Below are positions 25,480 through 36,655 of a stretch of DNA of 64,000 bases, one piece after another. The DNA lies in the NCBI GenBank assembly GCA_032718475.1, contig JAUCBJ010007809.1, positions 22,115-86,114 of the forward strand. The letters run 5' to 3'. The position numbers and the translations under genes are program-made. This DNA is from Nemertoderma westbladi (Eukaryota; Animalia; Xenacoelomorpha). The notes below the pieces were generated by a model that did not search any database, was not told the origin of the DNA, and saw nothing but the letters and a program-made list of their open reading frames with translations. How positions within the stretch are numbered: the stretch's first letter is position 1; each line of letters opens with the position of its first letter.

Positions 25480-26010
25480 TAACTAACGGTACTACGTACC
25501 TTCTAACTCTAACTCTTCTCTAACTAATGGTACTACGTACCCTCTAACTCTCTACCTAACGGTACTACGTACCCTCTAACTCTCAGCCTAACGGTACTAC
25601 GTACCCTCTAACTCTACCTAACGGTACTACGTACCCTCTAACTCTAACTCTTCTCTAGCTAACGGTACTACGTACCCCCTAACTCTCTACCTGACGGTAC
25701 TACGTACCCTCTAACTCTAACTCTTCTCTAACTAACGGTACTACGTACCCTCTAGCTCTCTAACTAACTAGTGGTACTACGTACCCTCTAACTCTCTAAC
25801 TAACTAGTGGTACTACGTACCCACTAACTCTAACTCTTCTCTAACTAACGGTACTACGTACATTCTAACTCTCTACCTGACGGTACTACGTACCTCCTAA
25901 CTCTAACCTAACGGTACTACGTACCCTCTAACTCTCTAACTAACTAACTGACGGTACTACGTACCTCCTAACTAACTGACTCTAGGTACTACGTACCTCT
26001 TAACTAACTT
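25480..26010. repeat. Minisatellite of ~30-45-bp units with core hairpin GGTACTACGTACC
   Basis: About 15 copies of (TAAC)GGTACTACGTACC(CTCTAACTCT) between pol and ORF2. Confidence 0.9.
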
Positions 26011-26148
26011 CTGCCTACTAACTGCGTACCTACTATGTACTATTTATATAATTTTATTTTATATTTTTTTGTGTGGGAAGGGCGTCTCGCCCTCAATCCC
26101 ACCCCCCTCAGTCCAAAACTTGGACGATTAAACTCTTCTCTAACTCCA

Positions 26149-26560
26149 CTAAGGTGCCCATTCTAGCAGACAGCATTTCCCTACAGCTCTCCTGTAGGTT
26201 TTTCTGTCCTTCGCACCTATCTTACCACCTATCCGCACTTCTACCGATCGGACTCTTCCGTCCTCATCGGAGTAAGTGCCTACAACTCTCGCCAACCGCC
26301 ACTGGTTGTTGATGATAGTATCATCCGTGACGATTACGAGATCTCCCTCTCTTAACTCCCTGTTCGGTTTCCTCCACTTGCTTCTTTTATGGAGTGTGGG
26401 TAGGTATTCTTCTACCCACCTCCTCCAATACTCTGCGCTTATTGCTTTAGCGACTTTCCAACTCTGGCGGGAGTGTATATCATCTGGGTCTACACCCCGC
26501 ATATCGATGGTCGTTGGCCTTTCCATCAGAAAATGGCTAGGCATCAGCACGCTCCGGGTA
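26149..26560 (-). CDS. Bel/Pao integrase C-terminal region (frameshifted continuation of pol)
   Basis: PSHFL...YWRRWVEEYLPTLHKRSKW...GDLV...WRLARV...DGRVRSV, typical of Bel/Pao C-termini (DUF5641-like). Confidence 0.85.
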
Positions 26561-29500
26561 TAGCGGTCTGCTATTAATGATCCCCTCGCACTTCGCAAGC
26601 ACTGTCCGTAAGACGTCCTCAGTGACCATGTGGGTGTTCATTAGCTTCGTCATTAGACGCTTTGAACTTCCCACCAGTCTCTCGACGCATCCTAGTGTAT
26701 GTGGTGCATACGGCGTCCTTCTCTCCCACTTTACTTGTCGTCTTCTCATGGCCGCCCTGACTTCCTCCCCTTCCAAGATGTCCAAGGCCACGGCCATCTC
26801 ATTCTCTGCGCCCACAAAGTTTGTGCCGTTGTCGCTGTATATCACTGCGATCGTCCCACCTTTGCGGTCTCTAAATCTTTCTAAGGCATTAATGAATGCT
26901 GATGCGGTTGCATCCTGGGCGAGTTCTATCCCTACTGCCCGCGTGTTGTTACATACGAAGATGATGCCGTAGCGTTTCTCCATGTGCCGCATCACCTTAA
27001 TCTTTATCGGCCCGAACATGTCCACACCGCAATGCGTAAATGGCGGGTCGTGCTGTCTTACTCTACTAGCTGGTAGTGGCGCCATCTCTTGTATGGATCG
27101 CTCCTTCTTCGCTCGTCGGCACGTCTGGCACTGCCCCACCACCGCTTTTACCTTCTTCCTCAACTGTTTGACCCAAAAGGTCCTCCTTATCTCCGTGAGA
27201 GTTCTGTTGGTACCCCCGTGCAATATCGACTTGTGGGAGTACCAGATAATCTGGTGAACTATCGGCGATCCTGTGGGGATGATGATGGGCTTCGGTGGTA
27301 CAATTATGCTGTTGTTGTATCCCACCCTAGAATTCATCACTAGAATCCCGTCGTCATTAAGTTGTGGCGACAGCGCGATCAGCTCGCTGTCCCGTCGAAG
27401 GTGTTGTTGGTTACCGACGCGTTCAACCTCGTCGCCATAGTTCTTCCATTGTTCATAGCGGATGACTGCCTTGGCCGCTCCTTCCAGATCTATGTATGTA
27501 TTGATCTTCTTGTCCTTGCCAACTCCCGCGAGGAAATTCCCGAAGGCTCTCCAATACGCCACTAGTTTCTTGGTCTTGTACCAACTAGAGCTGTAACTGA
27601 GGAGTTTATCCGTCGGGTTATCGCACAGCTCTTGGCGTGGTTGTACATCCCTAATCTCCCTCACCATCTGGGAGTATATCTCTTCTCCCTCTGAATCTCC
27701 TTCTTCTCCCTCTGACACTACTTCTGAGCCCGGATCCACCTTTCTCATCGGCGGCCAGGCCTCCTTATCACTCAGAAATTGTGGCCCATGTTGCCACAAT
27801 TCTTCCTTCTTCAAGAAAGTGTGGCGTACCACGCCCCTCGACAACAAGTCCGCTGGGTTCTCGTCTGTTGGGCAATAGTGCCACCTTTCCAGTTCTGTGG
27901 TCGCCCTTATTTCGTCCACTCTATTTGCGACGAATATCGGGTATCTCGTCCTTTCGTTTTGTAGCCAACCAAGCACTACCATGGAATCCGTCCAGTAGTG
28001 TGTCTCCACTATGTTGGGAATAGTATCCACTAGGTAGGCTGTGGCTCTAACTCCTAATCTCGCAGCTGTCAATTCTAACTTGGGAACTGATGCTGAATCT
28101 GGTGGTGTCGACTTTGCTTTGCTAAAGGCTAGTCTGGGCTTTTGAGCCCCCTCTCGTTGTACTAAATAGAGTGCCGCTCCGTACGCCTCCAACGACGCAT
28201 CGGAGAACATGTGTAGGTCCAGATTCGTCATATTCCCATCCGGGAAATACACTCGTGGCATGTTGTATGTTCCCATCTTCTCCAAGTCTCCTGTCCACTT
28301 ACTCCACTGTTTCTTGATTTCCTCTGGTACCTCTACGTCCCACTCATCCTTCAATTTGTATACTCTCTTGAGTATCTGTTTCCCCGTGACTAATAATGGG
28401 GATGCTAGGCCTAGGGGATCGTATATCCTTGCTATATACGATACATAGCCCCTCTTCGTGTGGATGTCTGCGCCCTCCTGGCTCAGCTGATACTTCAGTT
28501 CGTCTGTCTCTCTGTTCCACACGATTCCCAATGCCTTCTGTTGAGATTCTGTTCTCTTGTTCGCCATGTCCTGCCCTTTGGCTGTTGTGGGATTATCCAT
28601 GGTCGATTCTGGCCTCTTGTCCTCTATCGCCTTGATAAATTCTTCCGAACTGGATTGGAATTTGGTCAGGTTAAAGCCGGATCCTTTTAGGATGTCGCGA
28701 ACCTCGCGCCCCGTGTCCAGTATCTCCTTAACCGTATTTCCAGACTCCATTCCATCGTCTACGTAGAAGCCGCGTCGAATCATATCGACGGCCCTACTGC
28801 TGTATCTATCTTCCTTCCCCTTCACTGTGTCTCTCACTGCCATAGTCGTCGTAAATGAAGACGACTTGGCCCCCATGTTTTGTACTACCATCTTATATGC
28901 TGGTATTATCGACGGTTCTTCCTCGCCGTTATACCATAAGAAGCGTTGACTGTCGCTATCTTCCTCCGTTACACGGACTTGGTTGAACATGCCTTCTATG
29001 TCACACGTGAAGGCGTGTTTCCCGTTTCTAAATCTAAGTAGGACCTCTATGCCCGAGTTGTATATGTTTGGGCCTTCTAACAGATAGTCGTTTAAGCATT
29101 TTCCGTTGGTCTTTGCCGATGCGTCAACTACCATCCGCAGTTTACCTTTCTTTGGGTCTAAAGCCACGTGGAGTGGCAGGTAATATGTCCTGTCCGTGTT
29201 CGGTTCGTCGACCGGTAACTCCACGGCCCATCCTTTCTCGACGTACTTCTTAATCGTTCTGTGGATGTACTCATTCTTCTCGGGGCTCCGTTTTAGTGTT
29301 TGTTTCAGCTTGCGGAGTCTCGTGAGTACCATCCCTCTATTATCGGGCAGCGGTATCTTCGGTAGTTTCCATACCATTCCTATAGTATACCGCCCCTCAT
29401 CGCATGTCATCGTTTCCTCCACGCTTTGTAAAGCCTGCTTGTCTTCTACCGAGGTCCCGACCCCGGTCTCTTTCAGTCCCTCGAAATCTTGTCTGAGCAG

Positions 29501-31996
29501 TCTTTTAAGCTGCTCCTCTGCTCCCTCATCACCCATTTCCTGCATTGTTCCCGCGAACATGCATCCTGATGTCTCCGACATCCTAAATGGTATCTTGCTC
29601 TTGATTGGACCACTCAGCGTCCACCCGAATGGTGTTAATATGGCCACCGGGTCACTCTGCTTGTCTTCGCCGAAGACCGTTTGCATTCTTTCGTGGGCCG
29701 TTGGGCAGTCCATTCCTACTATGATGGATACCTTCCTAACGTCCACGTCTGGGATTGAGAAGTCAATGTCGTCCAGGAATTTATATTGCTCGACCTCGAT
29801 GTTGGTTGGCCGCCTGGCATTGATATTAATTGACTCTATCACTTGGATGGGGTCGATGGTTGCCCCATAGTCGCATCCCGGTGCCACTGCTGCAATTGCG
29901 CACCGTCCGGTTCTCATCTCCAGGATCTCATCTTTGCTAGAGATGGTTGTTACCGCCATTCTGCTCGGCCTCGTTCTCAATCCTATCTCTTCGGCCACCC
30001 ATTCCTCGACTAGTGTGAAGGCAGCTCCACTGTCAACCAGCATTAGTGTTGTTACTGATCGATTGCCTTCCCCAATCACTCGCACGGGTACTACTCCAAG
30101 TAGCACCGTTCCGCTCTTCTTCGCCCCTGCTGTGCTCGTTGCCATCATTTGGCCTCTCCTCTGACCGAACTTTACCGGCTTCTCCTTGCATTCCCTAGCT
30201 CTATGTCCACTCATCACACACCGTGAACAGATTTTATTGCTCGACGCATAATCTATCTGATCTTGCCTAGGTAGCGCCTGCCAGTACCTGCAGTTCATGG
30301 TTTGATGAAGCGCATTTGCGTGTAGCTGGCATTTGCTCTTTGGGTCGTAGCCCTCCTTATACAGCGCATTGCGTATCGCAGCTGCGTTTGTACCAAAGTC
30401 CCTACTATTCTTATTGTTTGGATTCGGCCTACTGGACGTACTGGGGTTATATTTATTCGTGTTGTTATTGTTCCCCTGTCCGTTCCATGGTGTGGTCTTA
30501 TCTTCGGCTAGCTGTGGACTCGTAGTCCCCTGCGTCGCTGCATATGGCAATGATTGCCTGAGCCTCGGTAATGCGTTTGATGTATTGTGGTCTGGTTTCG
30601 GTCTATGGTAATCTGTTTTCGGTCCCTTTCCCAGGCTATCTTCGCTATAGACTGGGTCAGTTATTAGTTCAGCCTCGTAGTTTAAGAAGTTTGACATTTC
30701 TTCTAAACCTGGTTCCGCACCCTTCTTATCTCGAGTGGAGAAGGCGATTTTCCTCCACTTGTTGCGCAGCCAGTTTGGTAGTGCCTGCGCTATCGTTGTG
30801 ATGTTGTTGGACGCGTTGAGCTCGTATGGCGCGTCTAGCGTCTTCAGCACGATTAGCGCCTTTTCAACTTTGTTAGCAAATGTCTTAATGCTAACGGGAT
30901 TATCCTGTAGGCCACCCGATGTTATGCCTCTTAGTGTCTGTCTGATGATCTTGGCCGGGTGCCCGTATTCCCTATCCAGTGCCCGCCATGCTGTCGTGAA
31001 GCCGCCCTCTATTCCTTGATATTGCCTCACGATATCGTATGCTGGGCCTCCCGTGTATACTTGCAGATACTTTAGGCACTCCGCCTGCGTCAAGTTCTTT
31101 GTTAGTATCTCGTTACTATACATGCGCCGAAACTGTAAATATTCTTCCGGCCTACTCCCATCGAATTTGAATGGTTCCACGGGTGGTAACTCGATCCTCG
31201 TTTTCAACGCATCGATCAACGTGGCCATCCCCATCGCCTGCGCTTCCAATGGATTCGATGGGTGCTGCATAGTTTCTCCTGTCTGGTGCGGTTCGTCCGT
31301 CCTATTTCTTGACTTTCTTTGACTTGGGTATGTCATCGGGGGTAGCGGCCCCCTCCATATTTCTGTGTCACACGACCTATTTTCATCCAAGGGTCTCGTT
31401 GTTCTTGCTCCTATCGGGGTATATTGTTGATATTGTGATGGGGGAATGTCACCCTGCCCCCCCCCCCCCACCGGTATGTTTGGTACTGGGGTTGATGTTA
31501 ATATGTTGGGGCCCATACACCTATCCGCAATAATTCCCCCCTCCCCTGGGTATATGTTATGTCCCTGCATGCTGTAGTCATACTGCTGTACTGGTACCGG
31601 TATAGGCCTATCAGCTTCTGGCCTACTCGCCGGTATGTATTCCGCGACTTCCGGGTTTAATCCCGTCGTCCGCGCTATCCTATCGCCTACATTGCCTCTC
31701 TCAGTATGGCCTATGGTATGTGCAGTAAGGCCTACAGTATGTCCTACAGTCTGCATGTGTCGCTCGGGATCGAAGTTTATTCTTCTCGAATAATCCTCCC
31801 CGCGGCTACCGTATTCTCGATCGGTAGGTATATTCCGTCGGAAAGTTTCTCTTCGACCCCCCTCTCTACTGTCCTCATCTTCGTACCGGTACATCGCGTA
31901 CCCCTCTCTCGGCGCGTAGTGCGCCCCGCCAGGTCGCATCTCTCCGGGGCGACGGCAATCTCCCGGAGTTCGACCCCACTCACTCTCTGTTCTCAT
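26537..31996 (-). CDS. Bel/Pao Gag-Pol polyprotein (Gag, Zn knuckles, aspartic protease, RT, RNase H, integrase)
   Basis: FDGS..EY..F gag; CSRCVMSGHRAREC; LVDSGA; YLPLH..RMVVDAS..DIEGMF.Q..YVDD; FSDAS..ELTAA..WTDS; HHCC followed by VDMFGP/SDNGTNF/VERL. Confidence 0.97.
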   Translation of the reverse strand: MRTESEWGRTPGDCRRPGEMRPGGAHYAPREGYAMYRYEDEDSREGGRRETFRRNIPTDREYGSRGEDYSRRINFDPERHMQTVGHTVGLTAHTIGHTERGNVGDRIARTTGLNPEVAEYIPASRPEADRPIPVPVQQYDYSMQGHNIYPGEGGIIADRCMGPNILTSTPVPNIPVGGGGQGDIPPSQYQQYTPIGARTTRPLDENRSCDTEIWRGPLPPMTYPSQRKSRNRTDEPHQTGETMQHPSNPLEAQAMGMATLIDALKTRIELPPVEPFKFDGSRPEEYLQFRRMYSNEILTKNLTQAECLKYLQVYTGGPAYDIVRQYQGIEGGFTTAWRALDREYGHPAKIIRQTLRGITSGGLQDNPVSIKTFANKVEKALIVLKTLDAPYELNASNNITTIAQALPNWLRNKWRKIAFSTRDKKGAEPGLEEMSNFLNYEAELITDPVYSEDSLGKGPKTDYHRPKPDHNTSNALPRLRQSLPYAATQGTTSPQLAEDKTTPWNGQGNNNNTNKYNPSTSSRPNPNNKNSRDFGTNAAAIRNALYKEGYDPKSKCQLHANALHQTMNCRYWQALPRQDQIDYASSNKICSRCVMSGHRARECKEKPVKFGQRRGQMMATSTAGAKKSGTVLLGVVPVRVIGEGNRSVTTLMLVDSGAAFTLVEEWVAEEIGLRTRPSRMAVTTISSKDEILEMRTGRCAIAAVAPGCDYGATIDPIQVIESININARRPTNIEVEQYKFLDDIDFSIPDVDVRKVSIIVGMDCPTAHERMQTVFGEDKQSDPVAILTPFGWTLSGPIKSKIPFRMSETSGCMFAGTMQEMGDEGAEEQLKRLLRQDFEGLKETGVGTSVEDKQALQSVEETMTCDEGRYTIGMVWKLPKIPLPDNRGMVLTRLRKLKQTLKRSPEKNEYIHRTIKKYVEKGWAVELPVDEPNTDRTYYLPLHVALDPKKGKLRMVVDASAKTNGKCLNDYLLEGPNIYNSGIEVLLRFRNGKHAFTCDIEGMFNQVRVTEEDSDSQRFLWYNGEEEPSIIPAYKMVVQNMGAKSSSFTTTMAVRDTVKGKEDRYSSRAVDMIRRGFYVDDGMESGNTVKEILDTGREVRDILKGSGFNLTKFQSSSEEFIKAIEDKRPESTMDNPTTAKGQDMANKRTESQQKALGIVWNRETDELKYQLSQEGADIHTKRGYVSYIARIYDPLGLASPLLVTGKQILKRVYKLKDEWDVEVPEEIKKQWSKWTGDLEKMGTYNMPRVYFPDGNMTNLDLHMFSDASLEAYGAALYLVQREGAQKPRLAFSKAKSTPPDSASVPKLELTAARLGVRATAYLVDTIPNIVETHYWTDSMVVLGWLQNERTRYPIFVANRVDEIRATTELERWHYCPTDENPADLLSRGVVRHTFLKKEELWQHGPQFLSDKEAWPPMRKVDPGSEVVSEGEEGDSEGEEIYSQMVREIRDVQPRQELCDNPTDKLLSYSSSWYKTKKLVAYWRAFGNFLAGVGKDKKINTYIDLEGAAKAVIRYEQWKNYGDEVERVGNQQHLRRDSELIALSPQLNDDGILVMNSRVGYNNSIIVPPKPIIIPTGSPIVHQIIWYSHKSILHGGTNRTLTEIRRTFWVKQLRKKVKAVVGQCQTCRRAKKERSIQEMAPLPASRVRQHDPPFTHCGVDMFGPIKIKVMRHMEKRYGIIFVCNNTRAVGIELAQDATASAFINALERFRDRKGGTIAVIYSDNGTNFVGAENEMAVALDILEGEEVRAAMRRRQVKWERRTPYAPHTLGCVERLVGSSKRLMTKLMNTHMVTEDVLRTVLAKCEGIINSRPLYPERADA

Positions 31997-32509
31997 CTCG
32001 ACTACCGACGGCTCGCTATCCGTCCTCGCTCTTCTATCGTTCGCGGCGATACTTCTACTACTGTCTTCTCTTCTTCTCCTTTCAGTGGAGTGTTCCCGCT
32101 CGTGAGATCTCTCGTCGACCTCCCGGTTAAATCCCGACTGTTCTTCTTCCCTCTTCTGATCGGGCTCGACGCTTCGTCCGCCCTCTCACGACGTCAACCT
32201 GTCTCTCTCTGCTCGGTCGCACGTCGCTGGGGATACTCGCAATCCCCCTACTACTCTCCGTCGCCGGGTGTTGCGGTTTACCTATTTCGGCCCGCGCATT
32301 ATCCGCTGACGGCTGTGGGACACTCTCTGCCCCCCCCCCCCCTTTCGCCGCTAACTCGCTGTTGTGGGGCCCCTGTAGCCCCCCCCCCCCCCCCCACTCG
32401 CCACATCTAACTTCGCTATCTCTCACCCCGCTACTATATCCCTCTCTAGTCGACACATCAGCCCTACCGCGGTCGGGTCTATTCACCCCCGCCTCTCCCT
32501 CTGCTATTG

Positions 32510-32772
32510 CGTGGCCCACCAGGCCCCCGCTGGGTCTATCCAACCCAGCCACTCCCTGCCTACCAACTACGTGGCCTACCAGGCCCTCGCTGGGTCTATC
32601 CAACCCAGCCACTCCCTGCCTACCAACTACGTGGCCTACCAGGCCCTCGCTGGGTCTATCCAACCCAGCCACTCCCTGCCTACCAACTACGTGGCCTACC
32701 AGGCCCTCGCTGGGTCTATCCAACCCAGCCACTCCCTGCCTACCAACTACGTGGCCTACCAGGCCCTCGCTG
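32510..32772. repeat. 60-bp coding tandem repeat (PSEGLVGHVVGRQGVAGLDR)n; diverged units continue at 34359-34500
   Basis: Identical 60-bp sequence lines at 32581-32760. Confidence 0.95.
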
Positions 32773-34358
32773 GGTAATGGTGAAAAATATCGAGACTTGC
32801 AAAATATCGAGAGTAAAAATAACGAGAGTAAAAATATCGAGAGTAAAAATAACGAGTGTTGAAAATTAACGTGATTAAAAAATATCAAGAGTAAAAATAA
32901 CGCGAGATGAAAAATATCGAAAATAACGAGTGTTGAAAAATATCGAGTGTTGAAAAATATCGAGAGTAAAAATATCGAGTGTTGAAAAATATCGAGAGTA
33001 AAAATATCTAGTGTTGAAAAATATCGAGTGTAAAAATATCGAGTGTTGAAAAATATCGAGAGTAAAAATATCGAGTGTTGAAAAATATCGAGTGTTGAAA
33101 AATATCGAGTGTAAAAATATCAAGTGTTGAAAAATATCGAGAGTAAAAAATATCGAGTGTTAAAAAATATCGAGAGTAAAAATATCGAGTGTTGAAAAAT
33201 ATCGAGAGTAAAAATATCGAGTGTTGAAAAATATCGAGTGTTGAAAAATATCGAGAGTAAAAATATCGAGAGTAAAAATATCGAGTGTTGAAAAATATCG
33301 AGAGTAAAAATATCGAGAGTAAAAATATCGAGTGTTGAAAAATATCGAGAGTAAAAATAACGAGTGTTGAAAATATCGAGTGTTGAAAAATATCGAGAGT
33401 AAAAATATCGAGTGTTGACAAATATCAAGTGTTGAAAAATATCGAGAGTAAAATGTATTGCATTTTGCTTGAGCATTTTATTTAGAATTATGGAACAATA
33501 TTGCAGTGCATGGGTTACAACAGTGCAAGTGAATGGCATTATGTATTACACCTTGGGTACCCATTTACCAGATTTATTATACTAGCTAGTTTTTGCTATT
33601 TTTTGAATAAATATTATAAAAGAAGTGCTAGCTATAAATTTTGATAAATATTATAAATATTGTTAAATATTATATTAGAACACGTACTGTATAAGCTACC
33701 AAATGTTGATAAATATTGTTGTTCTAGAACATTTTTAGTAAAAAAAATTATCATACAACCCTTATTTAAAAAAATTGTTACTATCAATATTTTTACTCTC
33801 GATATTTTTCAACATTCTATATTTTTCAACACTCGATATTTTTACTCTCGATATTTTTCAACACTCGATATTTTTCAATACTCAATATTTTTCAACACTC
33901 GATATTTTTACTCTCGATATTTTTCAACACTCGATATTTTTACTCTCGATATTTTTCAACACTCGATATTTTTACTCTCGATATTTTTCAACACTCGATA
34001 TTTTTACTCTCGATATTTTTCAACACTCGACATTTTTACTCTCGATATTTTTCAACACTCGATATTTTTACTCTCGATATTTTTCAACACTCGATATTTT
34101 TACTCTCGATATTTTTCAACACTCGATATTTTTACTCTCGATATTTTTCAACACTCGATATTTTTACTCTCGATATTTTTACTCTCGATATTTTTCAACA
34201 CTCGGTATTTTTACTCTCGATATTTTTACCCTCGATATTTTTACTCTCGATATTTTTTGAACTCTCGATATTATCGTTATTTTTCAACACTCGATGTTTT
34301 TACTCGCGTTATTTTTACTCTCGATATTTTTCATGTCTCGATATTTTTCAATATAACC
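32773..34358. mobile_element. Foldback-type non-autonomous TIR element with tandem-repeat arms (Merlin-like ends)
   Basis: Arms of 14-15-bp units (AAAAATATCGAGTGTTG / AAAAATATCGAGAGT) in inverted orientation around an AT-rich spacer. GGTAA...TAACC ends with 8-bp TSD CCTCGCTG; 6- and 10-bp registers also fit. Confidence 0.8.
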
Positions 34359-36655
34359 CCTCGCTGGGTCTATTCAACCCAGCGGATCCCTGCCTACCAA
34401 CTACGTGGCCTACCAGGCCCTCTCTGGGTTGGCTCAACCCTGCCGCTTCCGGCCTACCAATTATACGGCCTACCAGACCCCCATCTGCCTGGCCATACAC
34501 GCCCGACGTGTTTACGTTAATAGCACCCATATAGGAAACGGAATTAATTTGTTCGTTCGAAATAAAATCATTTGGATTATGTTGCGCGACTACACTATCT
34601 GAATTATTTTGTAAATTCGGGCTTGGATCATTATTTAAATTATTTGCATTATTTTGTAAATTCGGGCTTGGATCATTATTTAAATTATTTGAATTATTTT
34701 GTAAATTCGGGCTTGGATCATTATTTAAATTATTTGAATTATTATTATTCTCTAAATCTAAATTACCACTCGGATTATTTTGCACGTTGAAATTGAAATT
34801 ATTATCTGTATTTAAATTTAAATTACTGCTACTAGGTAAAGTATTTCCTGCAATAAAGATTTGATTAGAATTATCCCATACGGTACTATTAATATTAACA
34901 ACGTCTACTGTAACATTATCATTATTACCCCCCCCCCCCCCCCCCCCCCCCGCCCGTACGGTCACACCAGTTTTGGGTCTGTCGTGCGGTCCCTGTAAGT
35001 GGGGTATTAATAAATGTATCCACGGCCCCTGGCTCCTCTAAAATACTCGAGCCAGTCCCGCTTTCAGACGCCCCCGCCTGCACCAGTTGCAGCTCGCGCG
35101 CGCGCCTAATCCTATGCCCCGCAAGCTCATTTTGGCATCTCTTTAATTCCTTTCGCTCACACTCCTCCTTGGCCATTCTCTCCCTACACTCCCGTTCGCT
35201 CTGTTCGGCCAACTCTGCCACTCTCCTAGCTTCTTCCCGTCGTCTTGCCCCACGCTCCTTGAGTTCCTTTTCCTCTATCGCCTCATGCTCCTTACGTTCC
35301 GCCTCCTCTCTCGCCTCACGCTCCTTGCATTCTGCCTCCCTTCTCGCCTCACGCTCCTTGCGTTCCTTTTCCTCTCTCGCCTCATGCTCCTTACGTTCCG
35401 CCTCCTCTCTCGCCTCACGCTCCTTGCGTTCTGCCTCCCTTCTCGCCTCACGCTCCTTGCGTTCCGCCACACGCTCCTCTTGTTCCTTTCTCTCTATTTC
35501 CTCATACTCCCTAAGGCTTCTCAAAGCCCTTTCGGCCCTCTCTCCGGTTTCTCTAATCAATACCGTTTCCCTCTCTAGCCGCATTCTCCCCTCCTCTAAC
35601 TGTTTATCCATTTCCCTCTGACCATGCTCTATCAGGTCGAGACGGTACGTGGCACCTATCTCTCTCACCAGTCTTTCTTTCGCGGAGGATGTAACAGACT
35701 TATCGGTTGTGACGGATTCCCTCTGCCTTCCCGTCCTACTAACTTTCCCCCTCCTCCCGGAACTCCCTCCGGCCGACGAGACCGAATCCGCGGGGTCAAC
35801 CTCGGATTTGCCCTCCTCAGGTCTGTTCCAACCCACTGATTTTATACCCCGGGCATCGATTAAGTATGGCCCTATGTACACTACACTAGGTTGTATACCC
35901 CCTTGCCGCCATGAGTCATACAGTTCCTCGGCAACCCTTGTCGCTCTCTCCTCGGCCAATTCTCTCTGCCCGAAGCGCATTAGATAATATAAATGTCTGT
36001 CCGACTTACCTAGTCCTGACTTTAGTTTTACCTCGTCTATAGCCTTCCCCTTTCTGGCCTCCTCTAGTAGTCTCCGGGTCGCGTTGTAGGCCCGTCGACG
36101 TCGATCGGAGACCCCGATGTCCTCGTCGCCGACCTCTCCTCCGTCTCTCCGGGTTCGACGTCGTACCGGCGGCCCCACCGTCGCCGTTCCGGTGGGCCGT
36201 CCGTCGCCCTCGGCCTGTGGTTGGCCCGCGACATCGGTATCGACATCTCCGTCGTCTCTCCGGGTCCGGTGTCGTACCGTCGGCCCCACCGTCGCCGTCT
36301 CGGTGGGCCGTTAGTCTCTCTCGGCCCGTGGCTGGCCCGCGACATCAGTACCTCGACCCACATCCCGTGTTGACTCGTCTTCTTCTCCCTCCATCTCGCT
36401 CTCTCCTCCTCTCGACTCGATCTCGGGTTCCAGGCGGCCCCCCTCATCCTGAGCTGCCGGATGACCCGTTACTGATGGGTCCGGCTTTGTGGGCCTGTAC
36501 CGCCTGGTTGCGGCCTCGCGGATCGTTAATTCTTCTTCGTCCGGGGTCCGCGTCGGCGTTATCTCTCCCGACTGACTCATCTCGGCTTTTGTAGATTGGT
36601 GGCTGGTAGTCACTGAGTTTTAGATAGCTAGGGCGGCAGCTCTGAGTTCAATTAC

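Larger units (their letters stand above)
31997..36613 (-). pseudogene. Long low-complexity N-terminal extension of Gag, broken by a stop, poly-C frameshifts and a TIR-element insertion
   Basis: ORF pieces 36311-36613, 34925-36289, 34348-34965 and 32127-32772 join at homopolymers and across the insertion. Copy 1 (9028-9639) reads through the equivalent of the 31996 start. Confidence 0.65.

Noticed and set aside
25480-26010. CRISPR-like palindromic repeats
   Set aside because: The spacers are variants of one CTAACT motif, so this is a minisatellite.
26577-32410. Numerous + strand ORFs opposite the Bel polyprotein, and equivalents in the other copies
   Set aside because: Antisense shadows of coding sequence with no domain motifs.
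32773-34358. CRISPR array, or protein-coding ORFs such as STLDIFTLDIFQHSIF
   Set aside because: No unique spacers or cas genes; the ORFs are translations of a stop-free tandem repeat.
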